Source: an uncultured bacterium (GTDB lineage: Bacteria; Schekmanbacteria; GWA2-38-11; J061). From it: a stretch of DNA of 62,008 nucleotides. The notes below the pieces were generated by a model. It was given only the letters and a program-made list of their open reading frames with translations, was not told where the DNA came from and did not search any database. The position numbers and the translations under genes were made by a program. Below are positions 17,795 through 27,016 of the stretch, one piece after another. The stretch is from NCBI GenBank assembly GCA_964549305.1, contig CAZJVM010000008.1, forward strand, positions 1-62,008, written 5' to 3'. Within the stretch, counting starts at the first letter, position 1. Each line of letters begins with the position of its first letter.

Positions 17795-19475
17795 TTTAAA
17801 AAAAACGGGGATAGTCCTCATAAAAACCTTTTCCGGAAAGGATGAATCCATTCCTTTGGAAGATTCCTTTGCCGAAAATCTCTTCTCTTTTTCTTCGGAA
17901 AACTTCTATCCTATGATTGTTGCCGGACGGGAAAACGTTTCCGATGAAAAAGATGAATCCCTTTCAAAATGGACGGCGGAAAATTCTCTCGATTCCGCTC
18001 TAATCATCGATATGTCGGGAATGGTGCCTGAAGGCGTGGTAAAGTGGAAAATAGAAGGAGACGGAGTCAAACCCGGCAGAACAATTTTTTATAATATCGC
18101 CCCCCCTGTTTTAAAATCTGATGGCGGTGAAGACGAAGCGTTTTTTAAAAGCATAGGAAGGGAGGTCGAAAATCTCCTTAATCGTCTCGCTTCAGGTAAG
18201 AAAACCGATTTTCTCCCGCTAAATCCCTGCCGCGAAGTTGCGGTAATTGGCGGAGGAATCGCGGGAATGGAATGCGCTCTTGCCCTTGTGGAAGAGGGAT
18301 TTTCCGTTACCTTAATCGAAAAAACCGACCAATTGGGAGGCACACTTAACAATCTTCCCGACCTTTATAATACGCAAATTTTGCCTCTTGAAATCTTAAA
18401 GGGAAAAATCGGGAGACTGGAAGCATCGCCAAATGTAAAAATTCTTCGCCAATGCGAGGTTTTGTCCGTTGAAGGAGACGCCGGGAATATGCAGGTTAAA
18501 ATATCCGGAAATTCCCGGGAGAGCGAAATCCGCTGTGGCGCAATGATTCTGGCAACGGGAGTGGAATCTGGTATTGACGAAGAGATTGGGAATACAATTC
18601 CCGATGATGAAAGAATTATTAGTCTTTCCGAATTCTGTGCCGGAAGAGATGAAATTCTTGAAGGATTGAAAGCGCGGGAGGAAGGAAAGGCGATTCTCTT
18701 TGCGGGAAGTTATTCATCATCATATTCACCGGTACTCTTTTCCTCAATGCTTTTCAACTGCCTTAAAACGGCGCGGGAAAGCGAAATTCCCGTAGCCCTT
18801 GCCATAGGGAATGCCGAGGTTGCGAGGCCGGGCGCCGAAGAATTATATACAGAGGTAAGAAACAGCAAGGTTACCTTTTTCAAGACATCACTCCTCTTTC
18901 CTGAAATATCGGGGAAAGACGGGAAAATACTTGCAACGATAAATGACGTCTATCTTAAGGGAGAGGGCGTTGAAACAACGCGCATAATAATGGACTGCGC
19001 CCTTGTAGTTATAGAGGATACGGCGAAGGCAAGGCCCTGTGTCGATGCGTTTTCCGAAAGGATAAGGATGAAGACGGGACCTCGCTCATCTGCTCAACCG
19101 GACAATCTCAACCTCCTTACTGTGAAGACCAATAAAAACGGAATATTCCTCTGCGGAAATTGCAGGCAGTTGTCGGATATATCTGAAATTCGCAGGGACG
19201 CGCTCAATGTGGTGGGAATGGTTAAGGGTATTCTCGCCGAAAACTTGAAATACGCCGCGGAAAAAATAATAGTTGATAAGAGTAAGTGTACTCTTTGTCT
19301 TACCTGCGTAAGAGTGTGTCCCCATGGCGCCATAAAGTGGAGCAGGGCGGCGGAAATTTCACAGGTTAACTGCATGGCTTGCGGTACCTGTACGAGCGAA
19401 TGTCCGAACCGGGCGATAATTCTTACGAACTTCAGTGACGAGGAGATTTACTGCGAACTCGAGGGACTTGTATGA
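17787..19475 (+). CDS. degenerate HdrA/QmoB-like flavoprotein (HdrA'')
   Basis: VAVIGGGIAG FAD motif, CGAMILATG, GIFLCGNC, C-terminal CTLCLTCVRVCP/CMACGTCTSECP. The IQCVGSR/YCSxxCC motif is absent. Confidence 0.78.
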   Translation: MPDLKKTGIVLIKTFSGKDESIPLEDSFAENLFSFSSENFYPMIVAGRENVSDEKDESLSKWTAENSLDSALIIDMSGMVPEGVVKWKIEGDGVKPGRTIFYNIAPPVLKSDGGEDEAFFKSIGREVENLLNRLASGKKTDFLPLNPCREVAVIGGGIAGMECALALVEEGFSVTLIEKTDQLGGTLNNLPDLYNTQILPLEILKGKIGRLEASPNVKILRQCEVLSVEGDAGNMQVKISGNSRESEIRCGAMILATGVESGIDEEIGNTIPDDERIISLSEFCAGRDEILEGLKAREEGKAILFAGSYSSSYSPVLFSSMLFNCLKTARESEIPVALAIGNAEVARPGAEELYTEVRNSKVTFFKTSLLFPEISGKDGKILATINDVYLKGEGVETTRIIMDCALVVIEDTAKARPCVDAFSERIRMKTGPRSSAQPDNLNLLTVKTNKNGIFLCGNCRQLSDISEIRRDALNVVGMVKGILAENLKYAAEKIIVDKSKCTLCLTCVRVCPHGAIKWSRAAEISQVNCMACGTCTSECPNRAIILTNFSDEEIYCELEGLV

Positions 19476-19927
19476 AAATGGAAGAAAGCAGAGCGGAAAT
19501 GAACGAAGTCGCTCCCATAGTTGCCTTTTGCTGTGACCATTCCGGTTTCGAAGCATATAAGTCTGCCTGCAGAGAATTGAGTTTCAGCGACAAAGCGCTT
19601 AGAGTGGTAAGAGTGCCCTGCTCGGGAAAGGTGGATATACCTCATATTTTCCGCGCTTTTGAAAAGGGCGCTTGCGCGGTTATGGTTTTTGCCTGTTACA
19701 AGGATAACTGTAAATACATTCACGGCAATGTGAGGGCAGAGAAAAGAATTGAAGATGTGAGGGGAATTTTGGAGGAGATAGGAATAGAAGCGGAGCGCGT
19801 GGAATTTTACAATGTTGCTTCAAACACTCCCGCAAGGATAAAAACTTTGGTTGACGCAATGCGTGAAAAAATCTCCGCTCTCGGGCCTTTGAAGTTTGCC
19901 GGAGGCGAACAGGAAAAAAATGGCTGA
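19472..19927 (+). CDS. mvhD: MvhD/FlxD-like [2Fe-2S] protein
   Basis: IVAFCC, VRVPCSGKVD, AFEKGA..V.V.AC..DNC.Y..GN, GIEAERV. Confidence 0.88.
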   Translation: MKMEESRAEMNEVAPIVAFCCDHSGFEAYKSACRELSFSDKALRVVRVPCSGKVDIPHIFRAFEKGACAVMVFACYKDNCKYIHGNVRAEKRIEDVRGILEEIGIEAERVEFYNVASNTPARIKTLVDAMREKISALGPLKFAGGEQEKNG

Positions 19928-22900
19928 AGAAAATAAAAACGGAAAAAAAGGCGCAGTCCTCGTATTGGGGGGAGGCGTAGCAGGAATGCAGTCTGCCATA
20001 GACCTGGCGGATTCGGGATATTATGTCTACCTTGCCGAAAAATCTCCCTATATAGGGGGAAAAATGGCACAGCTTGACAAGACATTTCCCACAAACGACT
20101 GCGCTATGTGTACCATTTCTCCCCGCCTTGTGGGAGTCGGACGGCATTTAAATATAGAAATTGTTTCAGGCGTCGAGCTCATTCGCGTAGAGGGCGAGGC
20201 GGGAAACTTCAAGGCCTATCTCAGACAGAATGAGCGCCTCGTTGACCCGGCAAAGTGTACTGCCTGCGGGGACTGCAAGGAGGTCTGCCCTGTTGAGGTT
20301 GACAGCGAGTTTGACCTCGGGCTTACAAAAAGAACTGCAGTTTACAAAAGTTATTCCCAGGCAGTGCCAAATGCCTATGCCATTGATAAAAAGGGCTTCT
20401 CCGCCTGTAAAGTTTCCTGCCCTGCGGGAATAAGCGTGCAGGGATATATCGCTCTCATTGCAAAGGGAAAATACAAAGAGGCGTACAACCTCATAATGAA
20501 AAACAATCCACTTCCCGGAGTATGCGGAAGAATGTGCCATCATCCCTGTGAATCAGACTGCAAGAGAGGATTGGTTGACGAAGCGGTTTCAATCAGGAAT
20601 CTGAGGCGTTTTCTTGCAGACAGGATTTACGGCGACCCCGGGTTTATGCCTCCTCAGGCAGAAGTAGATACTCAACCTGAAAAGATTGCCATAATCGGCG
20701 CGGGTCCCTCAGGGCTTTCCTGCGCTTATTATCTTACCCTCGAAGGATACAGCGTGGAGATTTTCGAAGCGCTTCCCGTGAAGGGCGGAATGCTTTCCGT
20801 GGGAATTCCGGAATACCGTGTACCCGCGGACTCTCTTGCCGTTGAGATTTCAAATATCGAGGCGCTTGGAGTTAAGATTCATACAAACACGAGAGTTGGG
20901 AAAGATATTCCCTTCTCAAAACTGATGGAAGATTTTGATGCCGTCTATATTGCGGCAGGAGCGCATCTTGCTAACAGACTTAACATTCCCGGAGTTGAGA
21001 ATGAAGATGTAATAGAAGGAGTTGGTTTTTTGCGCAAGGTCAGTCTCGGCGAAGAAGTTCCAAAGGGGAAAAAAGCTGTAGTCATAGGTGGCGGAAACGT
21101 TGCCCTCGATGTGGCAAGGACGGCACTCCGGATAGGATTTGATGTTTCGCTTATGTGCCTCGAGTCGGAAGAAGAGATTCCCTGCCATCCGTGGGAATTG
21201 GAAGAGGCAATAGAGGAAGGCGTCAAGGTTAATTATTCTTTGGGCCCAAAAGAAATAATCGTAAAAGACGGAAGCGTACGCGGAGTTAAAACGATAAAGG
21301 TAAAATCGGTTTTTGACGGCGATGGAAGATTCAGCCCTGAATTTTATGAAGGGACTGAAGACACTATGGAAGGAGACAAGGTTTTTCTTGCCATAGGACA
21401 AAGGCCTGATCTCAGCTTTCTTGAATCTTATGAATGGCAAATCGGAATAAATCCGGGGAACACGGTGAAAGTTGATCCTTCCCTCCTCTGTGCGGACGAA
21501 GAAAAAATATATGCGGGAGGCGATGTCGTAAGAGGTCCCGCGTCCGCTATCGAGGCGATTGCAGACGGAAGAAGAGCGGCAATGGTCTTAGACAGCAAAT
21601 TCAGAGGAAAACCCGTGCCTGAAGATGTAAGGCCCGAGCCCACGGAACCTGATTTGGAAAGTAAAAAAATAAAGAAACAGTGGAAAAAGGTTCCTTCCAA
21701 GCTTTCGGCAGAGGAAAGAATAAAAGATTTTCGCGAAATAGAAAAACCCTTTTCAGAAGATGATGCTCTTGCAGAGGCTTTAAGATGTCTTCATTGCTCG
21801 GTGTGTTCAGACTGCCGTCTTTGCGTAGAGGCGTGCGGACCTGACGCCATAAGCCACGATGGTCCTGTTCAGACAGTTAAAGAACTTGATGTAGGGGCAA
21901 TAATACTTTCACCGGGTTTTGAATACTATGATGTAAACCTCAAGGAGGAGTTTGGCCACCAAAGATATAAAAATGTTCTCTCAAGTCTCGAGTTTGAAAG
22001 AATATTGAGCGCGGGCGGACCCTTCATGGGAGAAATCAACCGTCTTTCCGACGGACAGCATCCTAAAAAAATCGCGTGGATACAGTGCGTCGGTTCAAGG
22101 GATGAAGACAGGGATTACTGCTCATCTGTTTGCTGTATGTACGCCACAAAGCAGGCAAGACTCGTAAAGGAGCATCTGCCGGATACGGAATGTACAATTT
22201 TCTTCATCGATCTGCGCGCCTTCGGAAAGGGCTTTGACGATTACTGCATAAGGGCGGAAGGTCTTGGGGTGAAATACGTAAGATGCAGACCCTCATCGGT
22301 CAAGGAAGACCCCTTGACGCAAAATCTCCTTTTCCAGTATGTTTCGCCCGAGGGCAAATTGCTTACCGATGAATTTGAAATGATTATTTTGTCGGGAGGT
22401 CTGGGCGCGGGAAAAGAGCAGAAGGAAGTCGCGGACACGCTGAATATTGAACTTAATGAATTTGAATTCTGCAATACTGATAAATGGAACCCGCTTAACA
22501 CAAACCGCGAGGGCATTTATACCTGCGGAGCTTTTACGGAGCCGAAGGATATTCCCGAATCTGTCACGCAGGCAAGCGGTGCCGCGGCGCTTGCAATCGA
22601 GCTTTTAAAGGATGTTCGCAACACCTGTACTAAGACCAAAGAGTATCCTGATGAGAAGGATATTTCAAAGGAAGAACCCCGTGTCGGCGTTTTTGTCTGC
22701 AGATGCGGCACCAACATAGGAGGCGTAATCGAAGTGCCTTCCGTTGTGGATTACGTGAAGGACCTTCCTGAAGTGGTTTTCGCCGAGGAGAATATGTACA
22801 CCTGCGCCGCCGACAGTCTGGAAAAAATAAAGGAAATGATAAAGGAACACGATCTCAACCGTGTTGTCGTGACCTCCTGTACGCCTCGCACACACGAGCC

Positions 22901-24413
22901 TCTTTTTCAGGAAGCATTGAGAGAAGCCGGGCTGAATCCCTATCTTTTCGAAATGGCGAATATCAGAGACCAATGTACGTGGGTGCATTCAAAAAGCCCC
23001 GACAAGGCACTTGATAAGGCGAAAACTCTCGCTCAGATGGCGGTAATGCGCGCGAGAAAGCTCAACCCGCTTTACAATCAGGACATAGACATCTGCCGTG
23101 ATGTGCTCGTTATAGGCGGCGGAATTGCGGGAATGACTTCCGCTCTGAGTCTCGCGAAACAGGGATTCAGAGTAATCATCATAGAAAAGGACAAGGATTT
23201 GGGCGGACTTCTTCGCGATGTCAAATTTACTGTGGAGGGGAAAGACCCTGCAGAAATTCTTTCAAGGCTTAAAAGCGAAATTGAATCAAATGGACTTATA
23301 AGCATCTATTACGAAAGCGTTGTGGAAGAGGTGCGGGGATTTATGGGCAACTTCGATGTAAAGGTAAGCCAGAGAGGAAACGGAGGAATCAGTCCCTTTA
23401 AGTGCGGGGTTGTCATCGTGGCAACGGGAGGAAAGGAATACAGGGGGAATGAATATCTTTACGGTGAATCGGAAATCGTAAAGACTCAGCTTGAATTTGA
23501 AAACATCCTGAAGAAGAGTCCTGATGAGATACGAAAACTCAAAAGAGTGGCAATGATTCAGTGCGTAGGGTCAAGAAACGACGAAAGACCCTACTGCTCG
23601 AGAGTCTGCTGTACCGAGGCGGTGAAAAACGCGCTCAAAATTAAAGAGATATCTCCTGATACGGAGGTTATCGTTTATTACAGGGATATAAGAACTTTCG
23701 GATTCAGGGAAAAATATTATACGCAGGCGAGAAAGAAGGGAGTAGTTTTTATATGCTTTAATGAAAATGAACCTCCCGAAGTTTCACAGGAAGAAGGCGC
23801 GATAAAAATCAGTGTAAAGGACAGAGTGCTCGGGGAAAAAGTTTCGCAGACATTCGATATGCTTCTCCTCAGTATGGCGATAGTGCCCTATGAGGAAAAC
23901 AAGGCGGTTTCCGATGCCCTGAAGATTCCTTTAACTGCTGAATCATTTTTTCTTGAAGCCCATATGAAACTTAAGCCCGTTGATTTCGCTTCTGAGGGAA
24001 TTTTCCTTTGCGGAATGACTCATTTTCCAAAATTTATGGAAGAGAGCATTGCTCAGGCGCTTGCCGTTTCAGGAAGGGCAAATACGATTCTTGCAAAGGA
24101 TAAACTGCACGTGGGCGGTTCCGTTGCTGTGGTGGATGAAAACAAATGCGCTTCGTGCCTTACCTGCGTAAGGACTTGCCCCTATCAGGTGCCGAAGGTG
24201 TTGGACAGGGTTGCCCACATAGAGGTTGCGCAATGTCAGGGATGCGGCACTTGCACGGCGGAATGTCCCAACAAGGCAATTCAGCTTTTGCACTATACCG
24301 ACGAGCAGGTAATCGCAAAGTGCGACTCCTTCAATCTCGAGGAAAGAGAGGCAAAGAAGGAGGAAACGAAATTCGCCGATGATTCGCCTGTAATCGGGAA
24401 AAACGAAAGTTAG
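19920..24413 (+). CDS. hdrA: large HdrA (HdrL-type): two HdrA modules plus a GltD-like NAD(P)H-binding insert
   Basis: ATG at 19920 (MAEENK). QLDKTFPTNDCAMC; insert C..SCP/NPLPGVCGRMCHHPCE..C, GAGPSG, GGGNVALD; two IQCVGSR..YCS.VCC motifs; internal GVFVCRCG/SCTP/NIRDQC; C-terminal ferredoxin. Confidence 0.9.
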   Translation: MAEENKNGKKGAVLVLGGGVAGMQSAIDLADSGYYVYLAEKSPYIGGKMAQLDKTFPTNDCAMCTISPRLVGVGRHLNIEIVSGVELIRVEGEAGNFKAYLRQNERLVDPAKCTACGDCKEVCPVEVDSEFDLGLTKRTAVYKSYSQAVPNAYAIDKKGFSACKVSCPAGISVQGYIALIAKGKYKEAYNLIMKNNPLPGVCGRMCHHPCESDCKRGLVDEAVSIRNLRRFLADRIYGDPGFMPPQAEVDTQPEKIAIIGAGPSGLSCAYYLTLEGYSVEIFEALPVKGGMLSVGIPEYRVPADSLAVEISNIEALGVKIHTNTRVGKDIPFSKLMEDFDAVYIAAGAHLANRLNIPGVENEDVIEGVGFLRKVSLGEEVPKGKKAVVIGGGNVALDVARTALRIGFDVSLMCLESEEEIPCHPWELEEAIEEGVKVNYSLGPKEIIVKDGSVRGVKTIKVKSVFDGDGRFSPEFYEGTEDTMEGDKVFLAIGQRPDLSFLESYEWQIGINPGNTVKVDPSLLCADEEKIYAGGDVVRGPASAIEAIADGRRAAMVLDSKFRGKPVPEDVRPEPTEPDLESKKIKKQWKKVPSKLSAEERIKDFREIEKPFSEDDALAEALRCLHCSVCSDCRLCVEACGPDAISHDGPVQTVKELDVGAIILSPGFEYYDVNLKEEFGHQRYKNVLSSLEFERILSAGGPFMGEINRLSDGQHPKKIAWIQCVGSRDEDRDYCSSVCCMYATKQARLVKEHLPDTECTIFFIDLRAFGKGFDDYCIRAEGLGVKYVRCRPSSVKEDPLTQNLLFQYVSPEGKLLTDEFEMIILSGGLGAGKEQKEVADTLNIELNEFEFCNTDKWNPLNTNREGIYTCGAFTEPKDIPESVTQASGAAALAIELLKDVRNTCTKTKEYPDEKDISKEEPRVGVFVCRCGTNIGGVIEVPSVVDYVKDLPEVVFAEENMYTCAADSLEKIKEMIKEHDLNRVVVTSCTPRTHEPLFQEALREAGLNPYLFEMANIRDQCTWVHSKSPDKALDKAKTLAQMAVMRARKLNPLYNQDIDICRDVLVIGGGIAGMTSALSLAKQGFRVIIIEKDKDLGGLLRDVKFTVEGKDPAEILSRLKSEIESNGLISIYYESVVEEVRGFMGNFDVKVSQRGNGGISPFKCGVVIVATGGKEYRGNEYLYGESEIVKTQLEFENILKKSPDEIRKLKRVAMIQCVGSRNDERPYCSRVCCTEAVKNALKIKEISPDTEVIVYYRDIRTFGFREKYYTQARKKGVVFICFNENEPPEVSQEEGAIKISVKDRVLGEKVSQTFDMLLLSMAIVPYEENKAVSDALKIPLTAESFFLEAHMKLKPVDFASEGIFLCGMTHFPKFMEESIAQALAVSGRANTILAKDKLHVGGSVAVVDENKCASCLTCVRTCPYQVPKVLDRVAHIEVAQCQGCGTCTAECPNKAIQLLHYTDEQVIAKCDSFNLEEREAKKEETKFADDSPVIGKNES

Positions 24414-24418
24414 AAAAA

Positions 24419-24907
24419 ATGGAAGATATAAAAGAAAACAGGGAAGAAATACAGGGAACGGAAAAAGCCATTTCCGCGGGAGATTACGAACCTCAGGTAA
24501 TCGCTTTCTGCTGTTATTTCTGCGCTTTTGCCGCGGCGGATATGGCAGGGTCTCTGCGTCTTCAATATCCGGCAAACGTAAAAATAATAAGAATACCCTG
24601 TACGGGGAAGCTTGATATCGTTTATATACTGACCGCTTTTGAAAACGGCGCGGATGCAGTCTTTGTGGCGGGATGCCTTGAGGGAAACTGCCATTATTTA
24701 AAGGGCAATATTCGCGCGAAGTCAAGAGTTGAGAGTCTTAAAAAAATGTTTGAAGAAATCGGGATTGAACCTGAACGCCTCGAGATGTTCAATATGTCCT
24801 CATCGATGGGACAGGCATTTGCAGAAGCGGCAACTGAAATGACTGAAAGGGCGCTCAAGCTTGGAAGAAGTCCTGTCTTTACAGGGAAGAAAGATAAGAA
24901 TGGATGA
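24419..24907 (+). CDS. mvhD: MvhD/FlxD-like [2Fe-2S] protein
   Basis: AFCCYFCAFAAADMAG, RIPCTGK, FENGADAVFVAGCLEGNCHY..GN, GIEPERL. Confidence 0.93.
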   Translation: MEDIKENREEIQGTEKAISAGDYEPQVIAFCCYFCAFAAADMAGSLRLQYPANVKIIRIPCTGKLDIVYILTAFENGADAVFVAGCLEGNCHYLKGNIRAKSRVESLKKMFEEIGIEPERLEMFNMSSSMGQAFAEAATEMTERALKLGRSPVFTGKKDKNG

Positions 24908-25475
24908 GATAACGCTTGAAAATAAATCAAAGGAATTCCGCGAGCTTATAGAAAAAATCAGCGGACAGAATATCAATGCCTGCTATCAGTGTCTCAAGTG
25001 CAGTGCCGGATGCCCAATGGCAGATGAAATGGATTACACGCCCGCGCAGATAATTCACGCCATACGATTGGGCCTTGAGGATTACGTGATTGAAAGCGGG
25101 ACAATCTGGGTTTGCGTAAGCTGTGAAACCTGCTCGACGAGATGCCCGCAGGGTCTTGACATAGCGCACATTATGGATGCGGCGAGAAACATTGCCTACA
25201 GGCGCCATATTAAACCTCCCGGGGAGTCGAAGGAGATTGCTGACTTCTATGCCGTTGCCCTGAAGAATATCAGGACTTACGGAAGAATGTACGAGCTTGG
25301 TCTCGTGCTGGGTCATAAGATGAAAACGGGGGATTACTTCAAGGATATGAAGATCGGAATGAAGATGGGAATGAAGGGGAAACTTAAAATCGTCCCCGCG
25401 CGGATTCGCAATGTCAAGGCGGTGGATAAAATATTCAAAAAGGTTTCCGAACTCGAGGAGAGTGAGAAGATATGA
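24900..25475 (+). CDS. hdrC: heterodisulfide reductase subunit C-like (second copy)
   Basis: ATG at 24900; CYQCLKCSAGCP and IWVCVSCETCSTRCPQ. Confidence 0.9.
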   Translation: MDEITLENKSKEFRELIEKISGQNINACYQCLKCSAGCPMADEMDYTPAQIIHAIRLGLEDYVIESGTIWVCVSCETCSTRCPQGLDIAHIMDAARNIAYRRHIKPPGESKEIADFYAVALKNIRTYGRMYELGLVLGHKMKTGDYFKDMKIGMKMGMKGKLKIVPARIRNVKAVDKIFKKVSELEESEKI

Positions 25476-26344
25476 GCTATTCTTATTATCCGGGATGCTC
25501 TCTCCATTCAACGGGCGCGGAGTATGACATCTCCATAAAATATGTTTTCAAAAAACTCGGCATAGAATTTGAGGAAATAAAGGGGTGGAATTGCTGCGGC
25601 ACAACGCCAGCACATTGTACATCGAAGTATCTTTCAGTGGCGCTTCCTGCGAGAAACCTGAAACTTGTCGAGGATTCCGGACGGGATAAAGTCGCCGTGC
25701 CCTGTGCTTCCTGCTTTTCCCGTCTTAAAAGGGCAAAGTATGAAATGGCAAATGATGAAAATATCCACAGGAAAGTGAATGAAATAATAGATGCCGATTA
25801 CTCCAACAGCGTTGAGGTGGTCCATCCTCTCTCCATCATAAAAGAGGAAACAGGACTTGATGAGCTAAGGAAGAAGATGAAGAAGTCCCTTTCGGGAATG
25901 AAGGTCGCCTGCTATTACGGATGCCTTATGACAAGACCTCCCGAGGTGACGGAGTTTGATAACTGCGAGTACCCGGTGATTATGGACGAGATTCTTTCCG
26001 AGATGGGCGCTGAAGCCATAGAATGGGGATACAAGACCGACTGTTGCGGGGCGAGTTTTTCCATATCGAGGATTGATTCTTCCTTAAAACTTATGGGAAA
26101 GATTTTTAAGGACGCGGTGGCGAGGGGCGCCGACTGCATCGTTGTTGCCTGTCCTCTCTGTCACGCAAATCTTGATACAAGACAGGAAGACATTAACGGC
26201 GAAGAGGGGACTGATTATAACATCCCCGTATTTTACTTTTCCGAACTTCTGGCAATCGCCCTGGGCGCGCGCACAGGCGAACTTGGACTCAGGAAACACA
26301 TTGTCGACACATCGGAACTTCTCTCCAGATACGAGCTTGCATAA
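25472..26344 (+). CDS. hdrB: heterodisulfide reductase subunit B-like (second copy)
   Basis: YYPGCSL..WNCCG..PCASC and YYGC..DCCG..ACPLCH.NLD.RQ. Confidence 0.92.
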   Translation: MSYSYYPGCSLHSTGAEYDISIKYVFKKLGIEFEEIKGWNCCGTTPAHCTSKYLSVALPARNLKLVEDSGRDKVAVPCASCFSRLKRAKYEMANDENIHRKVNEIIDADYSNSVEVVHPLSIIKEETGLDELRKKMKKSLSGMKVACYYGCLMTRPPEVTEFDNCEYPVIMDEILSEMGAEAIEWGYKTDCCGASFSISRIDSSLKLMGKIFKDAVARGADCIVVACPLCHANLDTRQEDINGEEGTDYNIPVFYFSELLAIALGARTGELGLRKHIVDTSELLSRYELA

Positions 26345-26346
26345 TC

Positions 26347-26367
26347 AAAAAGGGGTGACCCCTTTTT
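26347..26367 (+). terminator. possible intrinsic terminator after hdrB
   Basis: AAAAAGGGG-TGA-CCCCTTTTT hairpin followed by a pyrimidine run. Confidence 0.55.
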
Positions 26368-26477
26368 CTTCTTTCCTCTTGTATTCTTTTACTTGATATA
26401 TTTTAATAAAAAGGTAAAAGAGAATTTCTCTTTAAATCGGATGATCTATCATAAAATATTTTGGAGGGAATAATATT

Positions 26478-26927
26478 ATGTCCAAGATTGAAGGCTTCGA
26501 AATGCCCGATGAGTTGTACTATCACAGCGAACATAGCTGGGCGAAGATTGAAGACGGTAACGTAAGAGTGGGGATGTCGGACTTTTTTCAGCAGCAGGCA
26601 GGCGCGGTGGTCTATGTTGACCTTCCCGATGAGGATGATGATGTTGAGGCAGGCGAGGTTTGCGGAAAGATTCAGACAAGGAAATGGATAGGTAAGCTTG
26701 TGGCACCTGTGGGAGGAACAATTCTCGAAATAAATGAAGGCGTTAACGATGACAATACCATTATAAACAAAGACCCTTATAACGAGGGATGGATTCTTCT
26801 AATAGAACCTTCCGGACTCGATGAAGACCTTGGAAAACTCATACACGGCGACAAGGTTGAAGAGTGGATCAAGTCCGAAATCAAACGCGCTGAGGAATTG
26901 AAGGCGCAGGGGGGCGGAGGCGAATAA
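26478..26927 (+). CDS. GcvH-family lipoyl carrier, LbpA-like
   Basis: LYYHSEHSWAK, VRVGMSDF, lipoyl-Lys context GKIQTRKWIGKLVAPVGG (K-W-x-G as in LbpA-type proteins, not VESVKA as in GcvH), INKDPYNEGWI. No gcvT or gcvP in the window. Confidence 0.88.
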   Translation: MSKIEGFEMPDELYYHSEHSWAKIEDGNVRVGMSDFFQQQAGAVVYVDLPDEDDDVEAGEVCGKIQTRKWIGKLVAPVGGTILEINEGVNDDNTIINKDPYNEGWILLIEPSGLDEDLGKLIHGDKVEEWIKSEIKRAEELKAQGGGGE

Positions 26928-27016
26928 ATCAGACTAAAAACTTCCCCGCAATACCTCAGGAGAATTTCCCGATTTCTCTTCAAAAATATTTTTATTAAAC
27001 CGGAGTACGCGTTAAA

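Noticed and set aside
26478-26927. Glycine cleavage system operon
   Set aside because: No gcvT, gcvP or lpd nearby, and the lipoyl motif is of the KWxG type.
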